Shown: positions 1 through 11,097 of the stretch, piece after piece
Numbering within the stretch: the stretch's first letter is position 1
Layout: each line of letters begins with the position of its first letter
Origin: an uncultured delta proteobacterium
GTDB taxonomy: Bacteria > Desulfobacterota > WTBG01
Direction: 5' to 3'
Length of the DNA: 64,000 nucleotides
Assembly (NCBI GenBank): GCA_963793865.1
Contig: CAWCBP010000008.1
Span: 608,001-672,000 of the forward strand
Position numbers and translations under genes: made by a program
Notes under the pieces: generated by a model
The model's database searches: none
Told to the model about the DNA's origin: nothing
What the model saw: only the letters and a program-made list of their open reading frames with translations

Positions 1-200
1 GGTGACATCCATGAGAGCGGCTTCCACCGGTATTGCATGCCCTCCCGGTGGGCCAGCCGGTAAAGCATCAGCGGCGTAAAGGGAGGATTGACATATTTAA
101 AGAGGATCACCTGGGCGGAGGAGATGCACAGGATGATGGCCAGAAGGATGAGACCGTTCCTGAGCCCGGATCTGACTATTCGTCTGGAGCTTATTTTCAT
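1..200 (-). CDS. mtgA: Monofunctional peptidoglycan transglycosylase, 5' part (runs off window start)
   Basis: Not in ORF track. Manual translation from ATG at 200: MKISSRRIVRSGLRNGLILLAIILCISSAQVILFKYVNPPFTPLMLYRLAHREGMQYRWKPLSWMS. TM anchor followed by VNPPxTxxM...W.PL..S matches the MtgA N-terminus. Confidence 0.75.
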   Translation of the reverse strand, partial: MKISSRRIVRSGLRNGLILLAIILCISSAQVILFKYVNPPFTPLMLYRLAHREGMQYRWKPLSWMS

Positions 201-302
201 GAGGGAGCATTGACGGCGGGTTAAGGCAATGGTGCATTAAAGCCCTTCCGGGGAACCTCTGCGGCTTAACCGGGATTTCCCGGACGGCATTTCCTTAAAC
301 TG

Positions 303-378
303 TTTATAAAGTAACGGGTTTACGCTTGTCAAGGCATTTGCAAAAGTAATTGACAACCCGGGGATGCTCTTCTATAAG
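303..378. promoter_or_regulatory. Back-to-back sigma70-like promoters (mtgA / ABC exporter)
   Basis: + strand TTGACA(350-355)-17 bp-TATAAG(373-378); - strand TTGACA(332-327)-18 bp-TATAAA(308-303). Confidence 0.6.
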
Positions 379-447
379 GATGGCACAAGGGGCGTTACAA
401 ACGTGAGATCATGACCGGACAGGTTGTTCCGGATAGGGAGGCGGTGT

Positions 448-1680
448 ATGGCGGATGAGAAACGCGAGGGCGGATTGCCTGATTTGTCTTCCCTCAGGAT
501 AGAGCCCCGGGCGCGGAATAATGCACAGAGAGGGAAGCGGAGGCTGATGCTTCCGGCGGCTGTGCTGGTTGCCCTGGTTCTGCTGCTGGGCATTTTTTTC
601 CTGGGCGCGAGAAGCGTCCAGGTGGAGGTTGCGGTGGCCAAAAGCCCCGTGCAGGGAAAAGGGGACGTGGTGCTTAACGCCAGCGGCTATGTTACGCCGC
701 GGCGGCGTTCAACCGTCGCCGCCAAGATCACGGGAAGGGTTCAGGAAATGCTGGTTGAGGAGGGTATGAGCATTGAGGAAGGACAGGTCATTGCGCTCAT
801 TGACGACGCGGACGCCAGAAGGCTGCTTGACACTGCCGGGGCGGAATATGATGTGGCACGGGCCACCATAGCCGAGCTGCAGGTCAACCATGCTGACGCG
901 CAGCGCACCCTCCGCCGCATCGAAAGGCTCAACAGCGAAAAAGTTTCAAGCCAGCAGGATCTGGACAGCGCCCAGGCCGCGGTCGATGCACTCAAGGCAC
1001 GACTTGCCCTGGCGGAGAAACAGGTGCAATCTGCCCGGGCCCGCCTGGAGGTGGCGCGGCAGGATGTGGAGAACTGCACGGTGCGGTCCCCCTTCAGCGG
1101 GATCGCCGTTTCAAAGGACGCGCAGGTGGGCGAGATGGTTTCCCCCATATCGGCGGGCGGCGGCTTTACCCGGACGGGCATTGCCACCATCGTTGACATG
1201 AAATCTCTGGAGATTGAAGTGGATGTCAATGAGGCGTATATTGCCAAGGTGAGCATCGGCCAGGCGGTGTCGGGCACGCTCGACGCCTATCCCGGCTGGC
1301 AGATTCCCTGCACGGTGCGCACCATTATCCCGACAGCCGACCGCCAGAAGGCGACCGTCAAGGTGCGCATTGCCTTCGCGGAACTCGACCCCCGTATTTT
1401 GCCGGACATGGGGGTGAAGGTGTCTTTTTTAAGCGGTGAAAATTCTGCGCCGGATTCCCGGGTGCAGTCCCTGATTCCGCGGCAGTCGGTGCGGGAGATT
1501 GAAGGCCGGCAGGTTGTATTTCAGCTTCGGGAAGGAAGACTTGCCATGCGTGCGGTCAAGCTGGGTGAGAAGCGGGCGGGGGAGATTGAAGTGCTGGAAG
1601 GTATTGCTCCGGGCGACAGGGTGGTGGTTGACGGTCCGCCCCGGCTCAGGGACGGCCAGCGGGCGCAGGTAAAGGAATAG
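448..1680 (+). CDS. Efflux membrane-fusion (periplasmic adaptor) protein, MacA/HlyD family
   Basis: Single N-terminal TM, lipoyl-like halves (AKITGRV...V.EG..I.EGQ; V.SPFSG), coiled-coil hairpin, LPDM beta-barrel. ATG at 448 has GGAGG upstream. Confidence 0.9.
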   Translation: MADEKREGGLPDLSSLRIEPRARNNAQRGKRRLMLPAAVLVALVLLLGIFFLGARSVQVEVAVAKSPVQGKGDVVLNASGYVTPRRRSTVAAKITGRVQEMLVEEGMSIEEGQVIALIDDADARRLLDTAGAEYDVARATIAELQVNHADAQRTLRRIERLNSEKVSSQQDLDSAQAAVDALKARLALAEKQVQSARARLEVARQDVENCTVRSPFSGIAVSKDAQVGEMVSPISAGGGFTRTGIATIVDMKSLEIEVDVNEAYIAKVSIGQAVSGTLDAYPGWQIPCTVRTIIPTADRQKATVKVRIAFAELDPRILPDMGVKVSFLSGENSAPDSRVQSLIPRQSVREIEGRQVVFQLREGRLAMRAVKLGEKRAGEIEVLEGIAPGDRVVVDGPPRLRDGQRAQVKE

Positions 1681-1827
1681 CAGCAGGCAGCCCGCAGAGG
1701 GATTAAAACGGCCCCCTGCCGCTTGAATAGTAAAATTGTGAGGGTACATCCGATTCGTAGCAGTGTGGCTGCCATTTCAACTGTGAGTGCTGAAGGCAAT
1801 GCCACTTTACAGACGTGGGGTTGATGG

Positions 1828-2562
1828 ATGGTACGGGTGGACGGGCTTAATGATGAGCAGGCCCTGATCAAGGTGCGCAACCTGGACAAGAAGTATCTCA
1901 GGGGAAGCGAGGAGATCGATGTCCTCCAGGGGCTGAACCTGGATGTGGACGAAGGTGATTTTGTGGCCTTCATGGGGCCGAGCGGTTCGGGGAAGACCAC
2001 CCTGCTCAACCTGCTCGGGGGGCTTGACCTTCCCAGTGCCGGCAGCATTATTGTCGACGGCGACGAGATCACCAGCATGTCCGGTCACAAGCTCGCCTCG
2101 TGGCGCGCGCGGCATGTGGGCTTTATTTTCCAGATGTACAACCTCATCCCGGTGCTCACCGCCTTCCAGAATGTTGAGCTCCCGCTGCTGCTCACCGGAC
2201 TGTCCAAGTCGGAACGGCGGAGGCATGTGCAAACCGCCCTCGCGGTTGTGGGCCTCTCGGACCGCATACATCACTTTCCCCGGCAGCTTTCCGGCGGGCA
2301 GGAACAGCGCGTGGCCATCGCCCGCGCAGTAGTGACCGATCCCACCTTTCTCCTCTGCGATGAACCGACCGGGGACCTCGATCGGGCAAGCGCGGAAGGA
2401 ATACTTGATCTCATTCACGGGCTGGTGGAACGGTATGGAAAAACCGTTTTGATGGTAACCCATGACCCGAAGGCGGCCGAGCGCGCGGGGGTTATTCTTC
2501 ACCTTGAAAAGGGCGTGCTGGTCGAGTGCCAGACAGGCGCCAGGCCGGGAGGCGCGGGGTGA
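1828..2562 (+). CDS. ABC transporter ATP-binding protein (LolD/MacB-type)
   Basis: GPSGSGKT Walker A, LSGGQEQR signature, [15 protein letters not shown]. Exact start uncertain. Confidence 0.93.
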   Translation: MVRVDGLNDEQALIKVRNLDKKYLRGSEEIDVLQGLNLDVDEGDFVAFMGPSGSGKTTLLNLLGGLDLPSAGSIIVDGDEITSMSGHKLASWRARHVGFIFQMYNLIPVLTAFQNVELPLLLTGLSKSERRRHVQTALAVVGLSDRIHHFPRQLSGGQEQRVAIARAVVTDPTFLLCDEPTGDLDRASAEGILDLIHGLVERYGKTVLMVTHDPKAAERAGVILHLEKGVLVECQTGARPGGAG

Positions 2563-3698
2563 AATTTTTTCCTTTCATCTTTGCCAACCTGTTCAGAAAA
2601 AAAACCAGGACGGTGCTGACGGTGGGGTCTTTCGCCGTGGCACTTTTTCTTTTCGGCCTGCTGGCGACCATTGACACCACTTTTACCGGCGGGGTGGAGG
2701 TGGCCGGTGCGGACCGGCTGGTGGTGCTCAATAAAAGCTCCATCGCCCAGCCGCTGCCTTTCTCCTACCGGGACCGCATTCTTCAGATCCCCGGTGTGAA
2801 GGGGGTAACCTTCGCGGTCTGGTTCGGGGGCGTGTATCAGAACGAGAAGAATTTTATACCCATCATGGCGGTGGACACGGACGGGTTTAAAAAGATGTAC
2901 ACCGAGTTTGCCGTTCCGGAGGAGCAGTGGGACGCGTTTGTCCGCGACCGGGAGGGCTGCATCGTGGGACGCAGCACCGTCAACAAGTACGGGTGGAAGA
3001 TCGGCGACCGCGTTCCCATCAAGGGGTCCATTTATCCCGGAGGGTGGGAGTTTAACATCCGCGGTATTTACGACGGCACCCGGGCGGAGGACGATACGAC
3101 TCAGTTCTGGTTCCAGTACACCTATCTGGATGAGCGCAAGCAATATTTCAAGGGCATGGTCGGGTGGTACGTGGTGAGGGTGGTCCTGCCCGAAGATGAT
3201 GCCCGCGTGGCCGCGGCCATTGACGAGCGTTTTGCCAACTCCGCCTATGAAACCAGCACCGAAACAGAAAAGAACTTTCTCGCGGGGTTTGTGAAGCAGA
3301 TCGGGAACATCAGGCTCATCATTATTTCCGTCGGTACCGTGGTGCTGTTCACCCTTCTGCTGGTTACCGGCAGCACCATGGCCATGTCGGTGCGTGAGAG
3401 AACCGGTGAACTCGCGGTTCTGAAAACCATCGGTTTTACCGATGCCGCCGTCATGTTGCTGGTGCTCGCCGAGTCCCTTTTGTACGCGGTGCCCGGTGCG
3501 CTCATCGGTCTGGTCTGTGCCAAACTCTTTACCCTGCGGGGTGATCCCACCGGGGGGCTGCTGCCTTTCTTCTATCTCGATCCGGACAGGATGGTGATGG
3601 GATTCGCGCTGGCGCTGGTAGCGGGAATCGCCTCCGGAATCATTCCGGCGTTCCTGGCCATGCGGCTCCGGATCGTCGAAGCATTAAGGAGGGTCTGA
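2559..3698 (+). CDS. ABC transporter permease (MacB/FtsX family)
   Basis: GTG overlapping upstream TGA; TM1, large periplasmic domain, SVRERTGELAVLKTIGF motif, 3 C-terminal TMs. Confidence 0.9.
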   Translation: MKFFPFIFANLFRKKTRTVLTVGSFAVALFLFGLLATIDTTFTGGVEVAGADRLVVLNKSSIAQPLPFSYRDRILQIPGVKGVTFAVWFGGVYQNEKNFIPIMAVDTDGFKKMYTEFAVPEEQWDAFVRDREGCIVGRSTVNKYGWKIGDRVPIKGSIYPGGWEFNIRGIYDGTRAEDDTTQFWFQYTYLDERKQYFKGMVGWYVVRVVLPEDDARVAAAIDERFANSAYETSTETEKNFLAGFVKQIGNIRLIIISVGTVVLFTLLLVTGSTMAMSVRERTGELAVLKTIGFTDAAVMLLVLAESLLYAVPGALIGLVCAKLFTLRGDPTGGLLPFFYLDPDRMVMGFALALVAGIASGIIPAFLAMRLRIVEALRRV

Positions 3699-3700
3699 GC

Positions 3701-4873
3701 ATGGCCCTTCCCCTCATCTACAACGTGCGCAGTGTCAGGGTGCGCTGGGCTTCCACCGCCATCGCCGTGCTGGGCATCGCCGGGGTGGTTGCCGTCTTCG
3801 TGGCCATGCTCTCCATGGCCCGGGGCTTTAAGGCAACGCTGGTGGCGTCGGGGTCTCCCGACAATGCCATTATCCGGCGGGGCGGTTCGCTTTCCGAGAT
3901 GGAGAGCGCCATTACACTCGATCAGGTCAGGGTTGTCGCGGATGCCCCGGGGGTGCTGAGAAGTCCCGAGGGGGTGACAATCATCAGCCCCGAGGTGGTA
4001 TTGATCGCCACCCTGCCCCAGAAAAGCACGGGTGTGTATGCTCTTGTCCAGCTGCGGGGGGTTTCGGATCGGGCGCTTGAAGTGCGGGAAACGGTGAAAG
4101 TTGCCAGGGGGCGGTACTTCCGGCCGGGCATCGCCGAGGTGGTGGTGGGAAAGAATGTAGCCCATACCTACCGGGACTGCGATCTGGGGGACACGCCCCG
4201 GTTCGGGGGCCGTGAATGGAAGGTGGTGGGCATACTTGATTCCGGGGGGAGCGCCTTTGATTCCGAGATATGGTGCGATGCCATCCTTCTGAACCAGACC
4301 TACAACCGGCCTGCCTACCTGTTTCAGTCGGCCACGGTGAAGATAACCTCTCCCGACGCGCTCTTTGCGTTCAAGGAGGTCCTCGGCGCCGATCCGCGCC
4401 TGACCGTTGAGGTTGAGCGGGAGCGGGATTACTATGAGCGCCAGTCGCAGGTGGTCACAACCATGATCCGGGTATTCGGTTTCCTGATCGTGGTGATCAT
4501 GGGTATCGGCGCGGTTTTTGGAGCGCTCAACACCATGTATTCGGCCGTTGCCGCCCGCTTCAGGGAGATCGCCACCATACGCTCGCTCGGGTTCGGGAGC
4601 GGCAGCATCATCGTCTCCTTTCTCTGCGAATCGGTCTTCATAGCGCTGATCGGCGGCCTGATCGGATGCCTGGCGGCGCTTCCCCTTAATGGCTTCACCG
4701 CCTCGACGCTTAATTTTCAGACCTTTTCCAATCTTTCCTTTGCCTTTCAGGTCACACCGGATTTGCTGATGCAGGGGATGCTGTTCGCGCTGCTGATGGG
4801 CGTCGGGGGGGGGCTGCTGCCGGCCATTCGCGCCGCGCGCATTCCCGTCGCCATAGCCCTGCGGGAGCTGTAG
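3701..4873 (+). CDS. ABC transporter permease (MacB/FtsX family)
   Basis: Same architecture; R.REIATIRSLGF motif; ends ALREL. Confidence 0.9.
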   Translation: MALPLIYNVRSVRVRWASTAIAVLGIAGVVAVFVAMLSMARGFKATLVASGSPDNAIIRRGGSLSEMESAITLDQVRVVADAPGVLRSPEGVTIISPEVVLIATLPQKSTGVYALVQLRGVSDRALEVRETVKVARGRYFRPGIAEVVVGKNVAHTYRDCDLGDTPRFGGREWKVVGILDSGGSAFDSEIWCDAILLNQTYNRPAYLFQSATVKITSPDALFAFKEVLGADPRLTVEVERERDYYERQSQVVTTMIRVFGFLIVVIMGIGAVFGALNTMYSAVAARFREIATIRSLGFGSGSIIVSFLCESVFIALIGGLIGCLAALPLNGFTASTLNFQTFSNLSFAFQVTPDLLMQGMLFALLMGVGGGLLPAIRAARIPVAIALREL

Positions 4874-4875
4874 GA

Positions 4876-7315
4876 TTATTTAAGCGGGGCGAGCAGCGTT
4901 ATGTGCGTTCCCTTATGGGGAGCGGATTTAATGATAATGCTTCCTCCCAGATAATGGAGTCGTTCCTTGATGCTGAAAAGTCCGAACCCCCGTTCAACGG
5001 CGGCAATCCCTTCAATCTGAGAGGGGTCAAAACCAATGCCGTTATCCTCGACAGTGATGTGAATCTGCCCATTTTTCCTCTTCATGGAAACCGCCGCAGT
5101 ATCTGCTTTTGCATGTTTGACCACATTATTTAACAGCTCGCTCACTGCGCGGTATAAAATTATCTTTGAGTTGTCATCCAATTGCTTTGCCTTTTTGTCA
5201 CTTTTAAACGAAACCACCATGTTGCGCTGCTTCTGAGTCTGTTCGGTAAGCCATTCTAATGCCACCTCGAGGCCGAGTTCGTGCAGGATAACCGGGCTCA
5301 GTTCATACGATAACACACGTGTGTCATGTATAGTCTTCTCCAGTAGTCCAAGGATTTCACCGGACTTTCCCCCGGCATAGCCGTCGGCTAATTCGGCGCC
5401 CATCATTTCCATCTTCATTTTTAAAATGGAAAGCGATTGTCCTATTCTGTCATGCAGGTACATTCCTATTTTGCGCTTCTCATCTTCTTCCTTGATGCTC
5501 AGCTGGTTAGCGAGAGCCCGCAACTGCTGCTGGTATGAAAAAAGTTCTTTTTCCGCAGCTTTAAGCGGTGTGATATCCACTAAGCACACCAGCACGCGGT
5601 TTAAGTCCCGCTGCTTGATTAGAAAATTGATCTGCAATATGACATTTTTTTGTACGCCCTGGAGGGTATGGTGTATAGACTCGGTCTGGAAAAAAGGCTT
5701 TCCCTCTGCAAAGGCAATGAGCGCTTCACTGGATGCAGCCAGGGATTCCTCTCTCCACACCTTATCCGTCGCCCTTGCTAATTCTTCCTTGTCCCTTGCG
5801 CCAAACAGTCTAATTGCTGCCTCATTTGCATCTATGATGGTGATCATGCTCAGTACCCTCCGGAGAAACTCCGGATGTTCCTTCAGATAGGTTCGCATAT
5901 CCCATACACCCGCTGGTTTGAGATCGTTAAAAACTGACATGACCGGGGAGATATCCTCTTCCAGTATGGCAACAAAGGCATTTTCAAATATCCTGCGGTA
6001 CCGTTCTTCGCTGACACGAAGCGCCATATCTGCCTGCTTACGTAAGCCTATGTCTCTGAAACTTGACATGGCCCCGATGATAGTTCCGGCTTTATCCTGA
6101 ATCTGATGAAGATTCATCTCAACGTCAATGATATTGCCGTCCCTTCTTTTCCAGGTTCGTTCCACCTCGGTGAGTTTCCCCTGGCTTAAAAACTCTTCTA
6201 TTACTTGTTTTGCTGCTTCTTTATCTTCCGGGCGGGTAAGGCCTAAATCAGCAAAATGTCTTCCTATGAGATCTTCTCTGGCATAATCGAGCATTTCTGC
6301 CGCCTTATTGTTGACCATGGTTATGTAGCCTCGCGCATCGCTTACCACAAGCCCCTCCATCGACGTTTCGAAGAGACGCGCTAAAAAATCCCTCGAATCA
6401 GATAACTCCTTTTCTGCCTTCTTCCTATCTGTCGCATCCCTGATGACTCCCACTGCGCCGATTTTTGCCCCTTTTTTGTCGAAGAGAGGGCTTATGGTGT
6501 CCTCCACGGGTACTACCCTGTTATCAGCACGGAGGTGATAGCTTTCCATCAGGGATATCTTTTCTCCCTGACTGAGACGCGACATAAAGCTTTGCATGGT
6601 TTGAAAAAAATCCGGACCGATCTGTATGCGTTCTCCGGTGGTTATTTCATACTCACCCTCATGAGCAGGAGAAAAGGTCACCATGTGTTGTCCGATTATT
6701 TGATCCTGTTTTTCGAACCCCAGCAACTTCAGGAATGCGTTATTGATCCGGGTAATGTTGCCTTTAGAATCAGTTATTACAATGGGATCAATCGAGCTTT
6801 CTATGATGTTATCCGAAAAATCCCTTGCTTCTTCCAGCGCTTTTCGAGCCCGCGTGCGCTCGCTGATATCCCTGATGATGCCGGTCATACAATACCTGCC
6901 GTCGAGATGATGACCGTAGTAAGAAATCTCGACCGGAAAGGTGGACCCGTTTTTGTGTAATACCATCATCTCCTGCGATAATGCGATTAAGCCGATTGCG
7001 GCGTTCCGGCCGTGCTTTTTTACCATTTCCCGCCCGTACGCTCTCATCTCTTCAATTATGAGACATTCGGGACGACCCGCCCACAATTTCGGCCGCCGTA
7101 TAACCGAACATGTCTTCCGCCTTCCTGTTAAAGAACACGATGATGCCGCCGGTGTTAATGGACAAAACGGCATCATTTGCGCTTTGCATGATGTCGTAAA
7201 ATATGTGCGACGTCGGTGTTTGGCCGGAGGATGCCTGCTGCGCCGCTTCACGTTCCTCGCGCAGTTTCTGCAGCTCTTCTATGAGCTGCGCCCTGGTTTT
7301 TTTCCTGTCGTCCAC
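4876..7315 (-). CDS. Cytoplasmic multi-PAS sensor histidine kinase (HisKA_3/NarX-like), one apparent frameshift near 7070
   Basis: ORF 7052-7315 (MDDRKKTRAQLIEEL..PAS start) joins ORF 4876-7251 by removing one base in TCCC. About four PAS/PAC repeats; ExKRKIGMYLHDRIGQ H-box; ELLNNVVKHA, DNGIGF, GFGL ATPase motifs. Confidence 0.85.
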
Positions 7316-7552
7316 GCGGATGCACCTGTGTGACGGTTGGATGTTTTAACGCGATAAAGCGGGAATCTTATAGCACTTTTAATAGTATACTGCAATAGAA
7401 TAGACCGACAGGTTCTTTTCTCCCGTCAACGATGCATATTTTTTTCCACGTTTTTTCCGGATTGTGTTACACTGTCGCAGGCAGTGGACTCCCGCCGGCG
7501 GTGATAGGGCCGATTGTGCAGGGCTGATTGTACAAAGAGGAGGAAGGGAAAA

Positions 7553-7921
7553 ATGAAGGTTAAAACAGTCATTGCAATAATGTTTTTAGTCCTGGTTATG
7601 GGGTGTTCGCGGGAAATGAAGAAGGAATACTATCCCGACGGGAAGCTCAAGGCCGTGCTCAATTATAAAAAGGGCGAGCTTGACGGCGTAGCCCTGTATT
7701 ACTACCAGAACGGCAATCTCAAGGAAAGGGCCAACTATAGAAAAGGCACGCGGGAGCGCGTCAGCACAACTTATTATGAAGACGGTAATCTCAAAGAGGA
7801 AATTCACTACGCGGATGGTAAACGGGCAGGTCTGGCCAGGCTTTACGATGAAAGCGGCCGCCTGATAGGGGAGTCTGTGTACCGGGATGATCAGCTGATA
7901 AGCGAGAAGAAGCTTAAATAA
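7553..7921 (+). CDS. MORN-variant repeat (YwqK-like) lipoprotein
   Basis: Signal peptide with VMGC lipobox; repeated YY.xGxLK...Y..G...G units. Confidence 0.75.
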   Translation: MKVKTVIAIMFLVLVMGCSREMKKEYYPDGKLKAVLNYKKGELDGVALYYYQNGNLKERANYRKGTRERVSTTYYEDGNLKEEIHYADGKRAGLARLYDESGRLIGESVYRDDQLISEKKLK

Positions 7922-7979
7922 AATGAGCGGGCGACAGCATTACAGGGTACTTTTAACCGGATTTGGAAAGGAGTGAGGT

Positions 7980-9303
7980 ATGGCAAAGCATTATGACCTG
8001 GTGATTGTAGGTGGCGGCCCTGCCGGGCTGATGGCCGCGCGGGTGGCCGGCGAAAATGGTTTGCGCACGGCGCTGCTGGAACGGAAAACAACCCTGACCA
8101 CGGTACGACGCGTCGATGGCGGCGGCCTTTCCCCGATCAATGAGTATCTCTGCGGAGAGAAGCTCACCTTCAACCCTGAGGCGAAGCGGATCGGGTTCCC
8201 CGCGTCCGGATTTTCAGTCGGTATGACGGTCCCCACCGGGACCTCTATGGATTTCGTATCTTTTCACCCAACGGCACCATGATCAGCTTCGGCGACTATG
8301 AAACGCTGAGCAGGGACCCGTTGAGGAACAGGGTAGGGGTTGCCCTGGACAAGGGGCTGCTGCTCAAGGCTCTCTATGAAGATGCCCGGGCGGCGGGGGC
8401 GGAGCTGTTCCTGAATACCAATGTCACGGCCATTGAACACGGGGCGGACGGCATAACCGTGACCGGGAACGACAAGCCCTACCGGGGCAAGTTTTGTGAT
8501 TGCCGCCGACGGAATAAACTCCCGGATTGCCCGCCTGATGGGCATGAACAAGGAGCGGAAATTTATTGCCACCATGGTGGACCGGGTATGGAACATGGAG
8601 GGCATCGATATTCCCCAGGTGGTGGGCATATCCTTCATACTTACCGACTATGGAAACTTTTTCGTGTCCCGGGTCTGCCGGGAAGGGCAACTACCATGTT
8701 GGTGCTTCGTCCTATAACCCGCCGATGACCTGGATCGGGAGGCTGAATAGATTTGTCTATGAGGACCCCGTCTATTCAGACTGGTTTAAGGGGGCAAAGA
8801 AAACCGAGGAGCATGCCTGCGTGGTCAATATCCTCTCCCCGATAAAGGAGCCGTTCAAGGACAACGTCCTCTTCGTGGGCGATGCGGCCTGGCTGATGGA
8901 ATTGAGCAATCCCTTTGCCATTCTCTGCGGCTGGAAGGCTGCCAACGCAGTAACCCTGGCGGTGCTTGATAACAAGATTAACAAGGAAGGCATCATGAGC
9001 TACCTGCAATGGTGGGATGAGAAATTTTATGGTCCCCACGGGCAGGTTGAATTCAAGCCCATTCACCTGCATGATTATATTGATGCCGCGTCCACTGATT
9101 ACCTGGCAAGTCTGATCAAGGAGCCGTTTCCCTCTACCATGAATTTCTACAAGCTGTTCGGCACCATCGGCGGCGCTTACGCGGAACTCTTTCCCACCAT
9201 CGGGGAGGAGCGCCCTGACGTGATGGAGAAGATGATGGGACTGGCCAATGAAATGGATGAGATTGAACTGAAGGCGCGCAAGGCAGGCTTCCCCAACCGG
9301 TAA
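7980..9303 (+). CDS. FAD-dependent oxidoreductase, GGR/FixC-like subfamily (paralogue 1), split by >=3 apparent indels
   Basis: GGGPAG, IAADG, PFKDNVLFVGDAAWLME motifs are distributed over ORFs 7980-8282, 8279-8728, 8496-8717 and 8566-9303. Frame corrections near 8220, 8493 and 8688 give one protein colinear with 17088-18419. Confidence 0.85.
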
Positions 9304-9333
9304 TGTTTCCTGACAAAGAGAAGGAGGCACCCT

Positions 9334-9882
9334 GTGGCGCACTTGAAGACGACCAAAAAACCCGACATCAAGGATATGCCCGTAGAAGAGAAATGGGACC
9401 GCGTCCATGATTTCTTCACCATGGACCATGCCATCAGCTACCACACCCACAAGCGCATGGGGACACTGAAGGAATGGGTCTCGGACACGGTAGATGCATA
9501 CGGGAATATGATGGGACGATTCATGGGACCGCTCGCCGGCATCATGAGCAAGGCAGCCATGGCAATTGCCCCCAACACGGTTCTGAAGAAGGCAATCGAG
9601 GCGGTTCTTTACTCGGACCAGATGATGCACGGACCCGGTGAGTATGAGGTGTCCGAGCCACAGGATGGTACGATAACCATCCGCTTCAAGAACTGCCTGC
9701 GGCTCAAAAAGCAGAACGAAATTGTGAAGCGATGCAACCTCCCCTTCGAGGGGCGGGAGATTTGTGATGTTGAGAAGATGCACCTCACCCATCCCAACCA
9801 CCCGACAACTAAAATGGGTATTATTCCCACTGAAATTACCTGGGAGGAAGGCGGCTGTGTGTGGACGTTCAAGAAGCAATAA
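9334..9882 (+). CDS. Hypothetical protein, ATC-hydrolase/V4R-like fold
   Basis: AGGAGG RBS plus GTG; C-terminal pattern TIRFKNC...EIC...GGCVWTF resembles V4R/ATC-hydrolase Cys motifs. Confidence 0.6.
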   Translation: MAHLKTTKKPDIKDMPVEEKWDRVHDFFTMDHAISYHTHKRMGTLKEWVSDTVDAYGNMMGRFMGPLAGIMSKAAMAIAPNTVLKKAIEAVLYSDQMMHGPGEYEVSEPQDGTITIRFKNCLRLKKQNEIVKRCNLPFEGREICDVEKMHLTHPNHPTTKMGIIPTEITWEEGGCVWTFKKQ

Positions 9883-9899
9883 GAACAAGGAAGTGACTA

Positions 9900-10930
9900 A
9901 TGAGTGACGCTGACTACACGGTGCTCATACCCGAGGGAATAGCCGATCCGGATATCGAGAGAGGGGTATTCGGCAATGCGTTTAAGGTAGTTGCGCCTGC
10001 CGCCTCTCGGAATTGAAGAAATATCGGCAGACCTCTGGCGTCGCGCTGACGCTGATCATGGGACGGCGCCACTTTACCTACGATGCAGGCTTGATGCAGC
10101 AGCTAAAACGATGCAAACTCATTATCCGCATGGGAGTCGGGTTTGATAACGTTGCCATAAGGGCCGCGGGCGAGCTGGGAATCGCTGTCTGCAATGTCCC
10201 CGATTACTGCACCACCGATGTCGCCGATCATGCCGTTGCGCTGATACTGGCTTTCACCCGGGGCATCCTTGCTCTCTCGGCGTCGGTGCAGGCGAATGAG
10301 TGGCGGTGGGACCAGGTAAGTACCTTGAGGCGCCTGGCGGGTTCAACCCTGGGCATCATCGGTTTGGGGAGAATCGGCACCGCGGTTGCAATGAGGGCAA
10401 AGGGCCTGGAGATGAAGGTGCTCTTCTATGATCCCTATCTTCGGGAGGGAATTGATAAGTCGCTGGGCATCGGCCGCTGCTACGACGTGAAGGAGCTGCT
10501 CCCCCGGTCGGACGTGGTGTCCATGCATGTGCCACTGACCGATGAGACACGAGACATGGCCAATGAGAATTTCTTCCGGGCCATGAGGCCGGGATCATTG
10601 TTTATCAACACCGCACGCGGAAAGATCTTTGTCAGCAGCGCCTTGCATGGCGCCTTGAAGAGCGGTCATCTGTCTGCCGCCGGGCTGGATGTCTGGCCGG
10701 TAGAACCGCCGCCGGAGAACGACCCCCTGATAAAGGCATGGAGGGCGGGAGAGCCCTGGATCAGGGACCGCTTCACCCTGACTCCTCACGCGGCGTTTTT
10801 CTGCAAGGATTCCTGGGAGGAGCTTCGCACCAAGGCGGCCCTGGAGGTAAAGCGGGTGCTGCAGGGTGAGAAACCGCGCGCGTGCGTGAATGATGAATGG
10901 CTGGTCAATCCTCGGTACCGGATGATTTAA
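9900..10930 (+). CDS. D-2-hydroxyacid dehydrogenase (CtBP-like), two apparent indels near 10010-10050
   Basis: RMGVGFDNV, NVPDY, GIIGLGRIG, INTARG, GLDVWPVEP, TPHAAF motifs. Probable N-terminus MSDADYTVLIPEG.. starts at ATG 9900 in another frame. Confidence 0.85.
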
Positions 10931-10980
10931 CCGCCTGAAACTGCTGTTTTAAAACCTTTCCAATCACATTTGAAATTTCT

Positions 10981-11030
10981 GTAGGAGCGCCTTCAGTCGC
11001 GATGCATTCGCGGCTGAAAGCCGCTCCTAC
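10981..11030. repeat. GTAGGAGCG REP doublet (family also at 14663-14711, 22396-22446, 24814-24838, 50157-50180)
   Basis: GTAGGAGCGCCTTCAGTCGCGA...TCGCGGCTGAAAGCCGCTCCTAC inverted pair with GTAG foot, recurring in five intergenic spaces. Confidence 0.85.
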
Positions 11031-11097
11031 CGGTGGGCACTATTTCTGAGAGATAAATTCTCAGATTTAGCCTGTAATTATCTATCAGTAAATAGCC

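Noticed and set aside
33..224. + strand 63-aa ORF
   Set aside because: Antisense shadow of the partial mtgA on the - strand.
7060..10060. Programmed frameshifting or Sec/Pyl read-through to explain split genes
   Set aside because: Breaks are mixed +1/-1 frame changes in unrelated genes, with no slippery heptamers and no in-frame TGA/TAG continuation; paralogues are uninterrupted.
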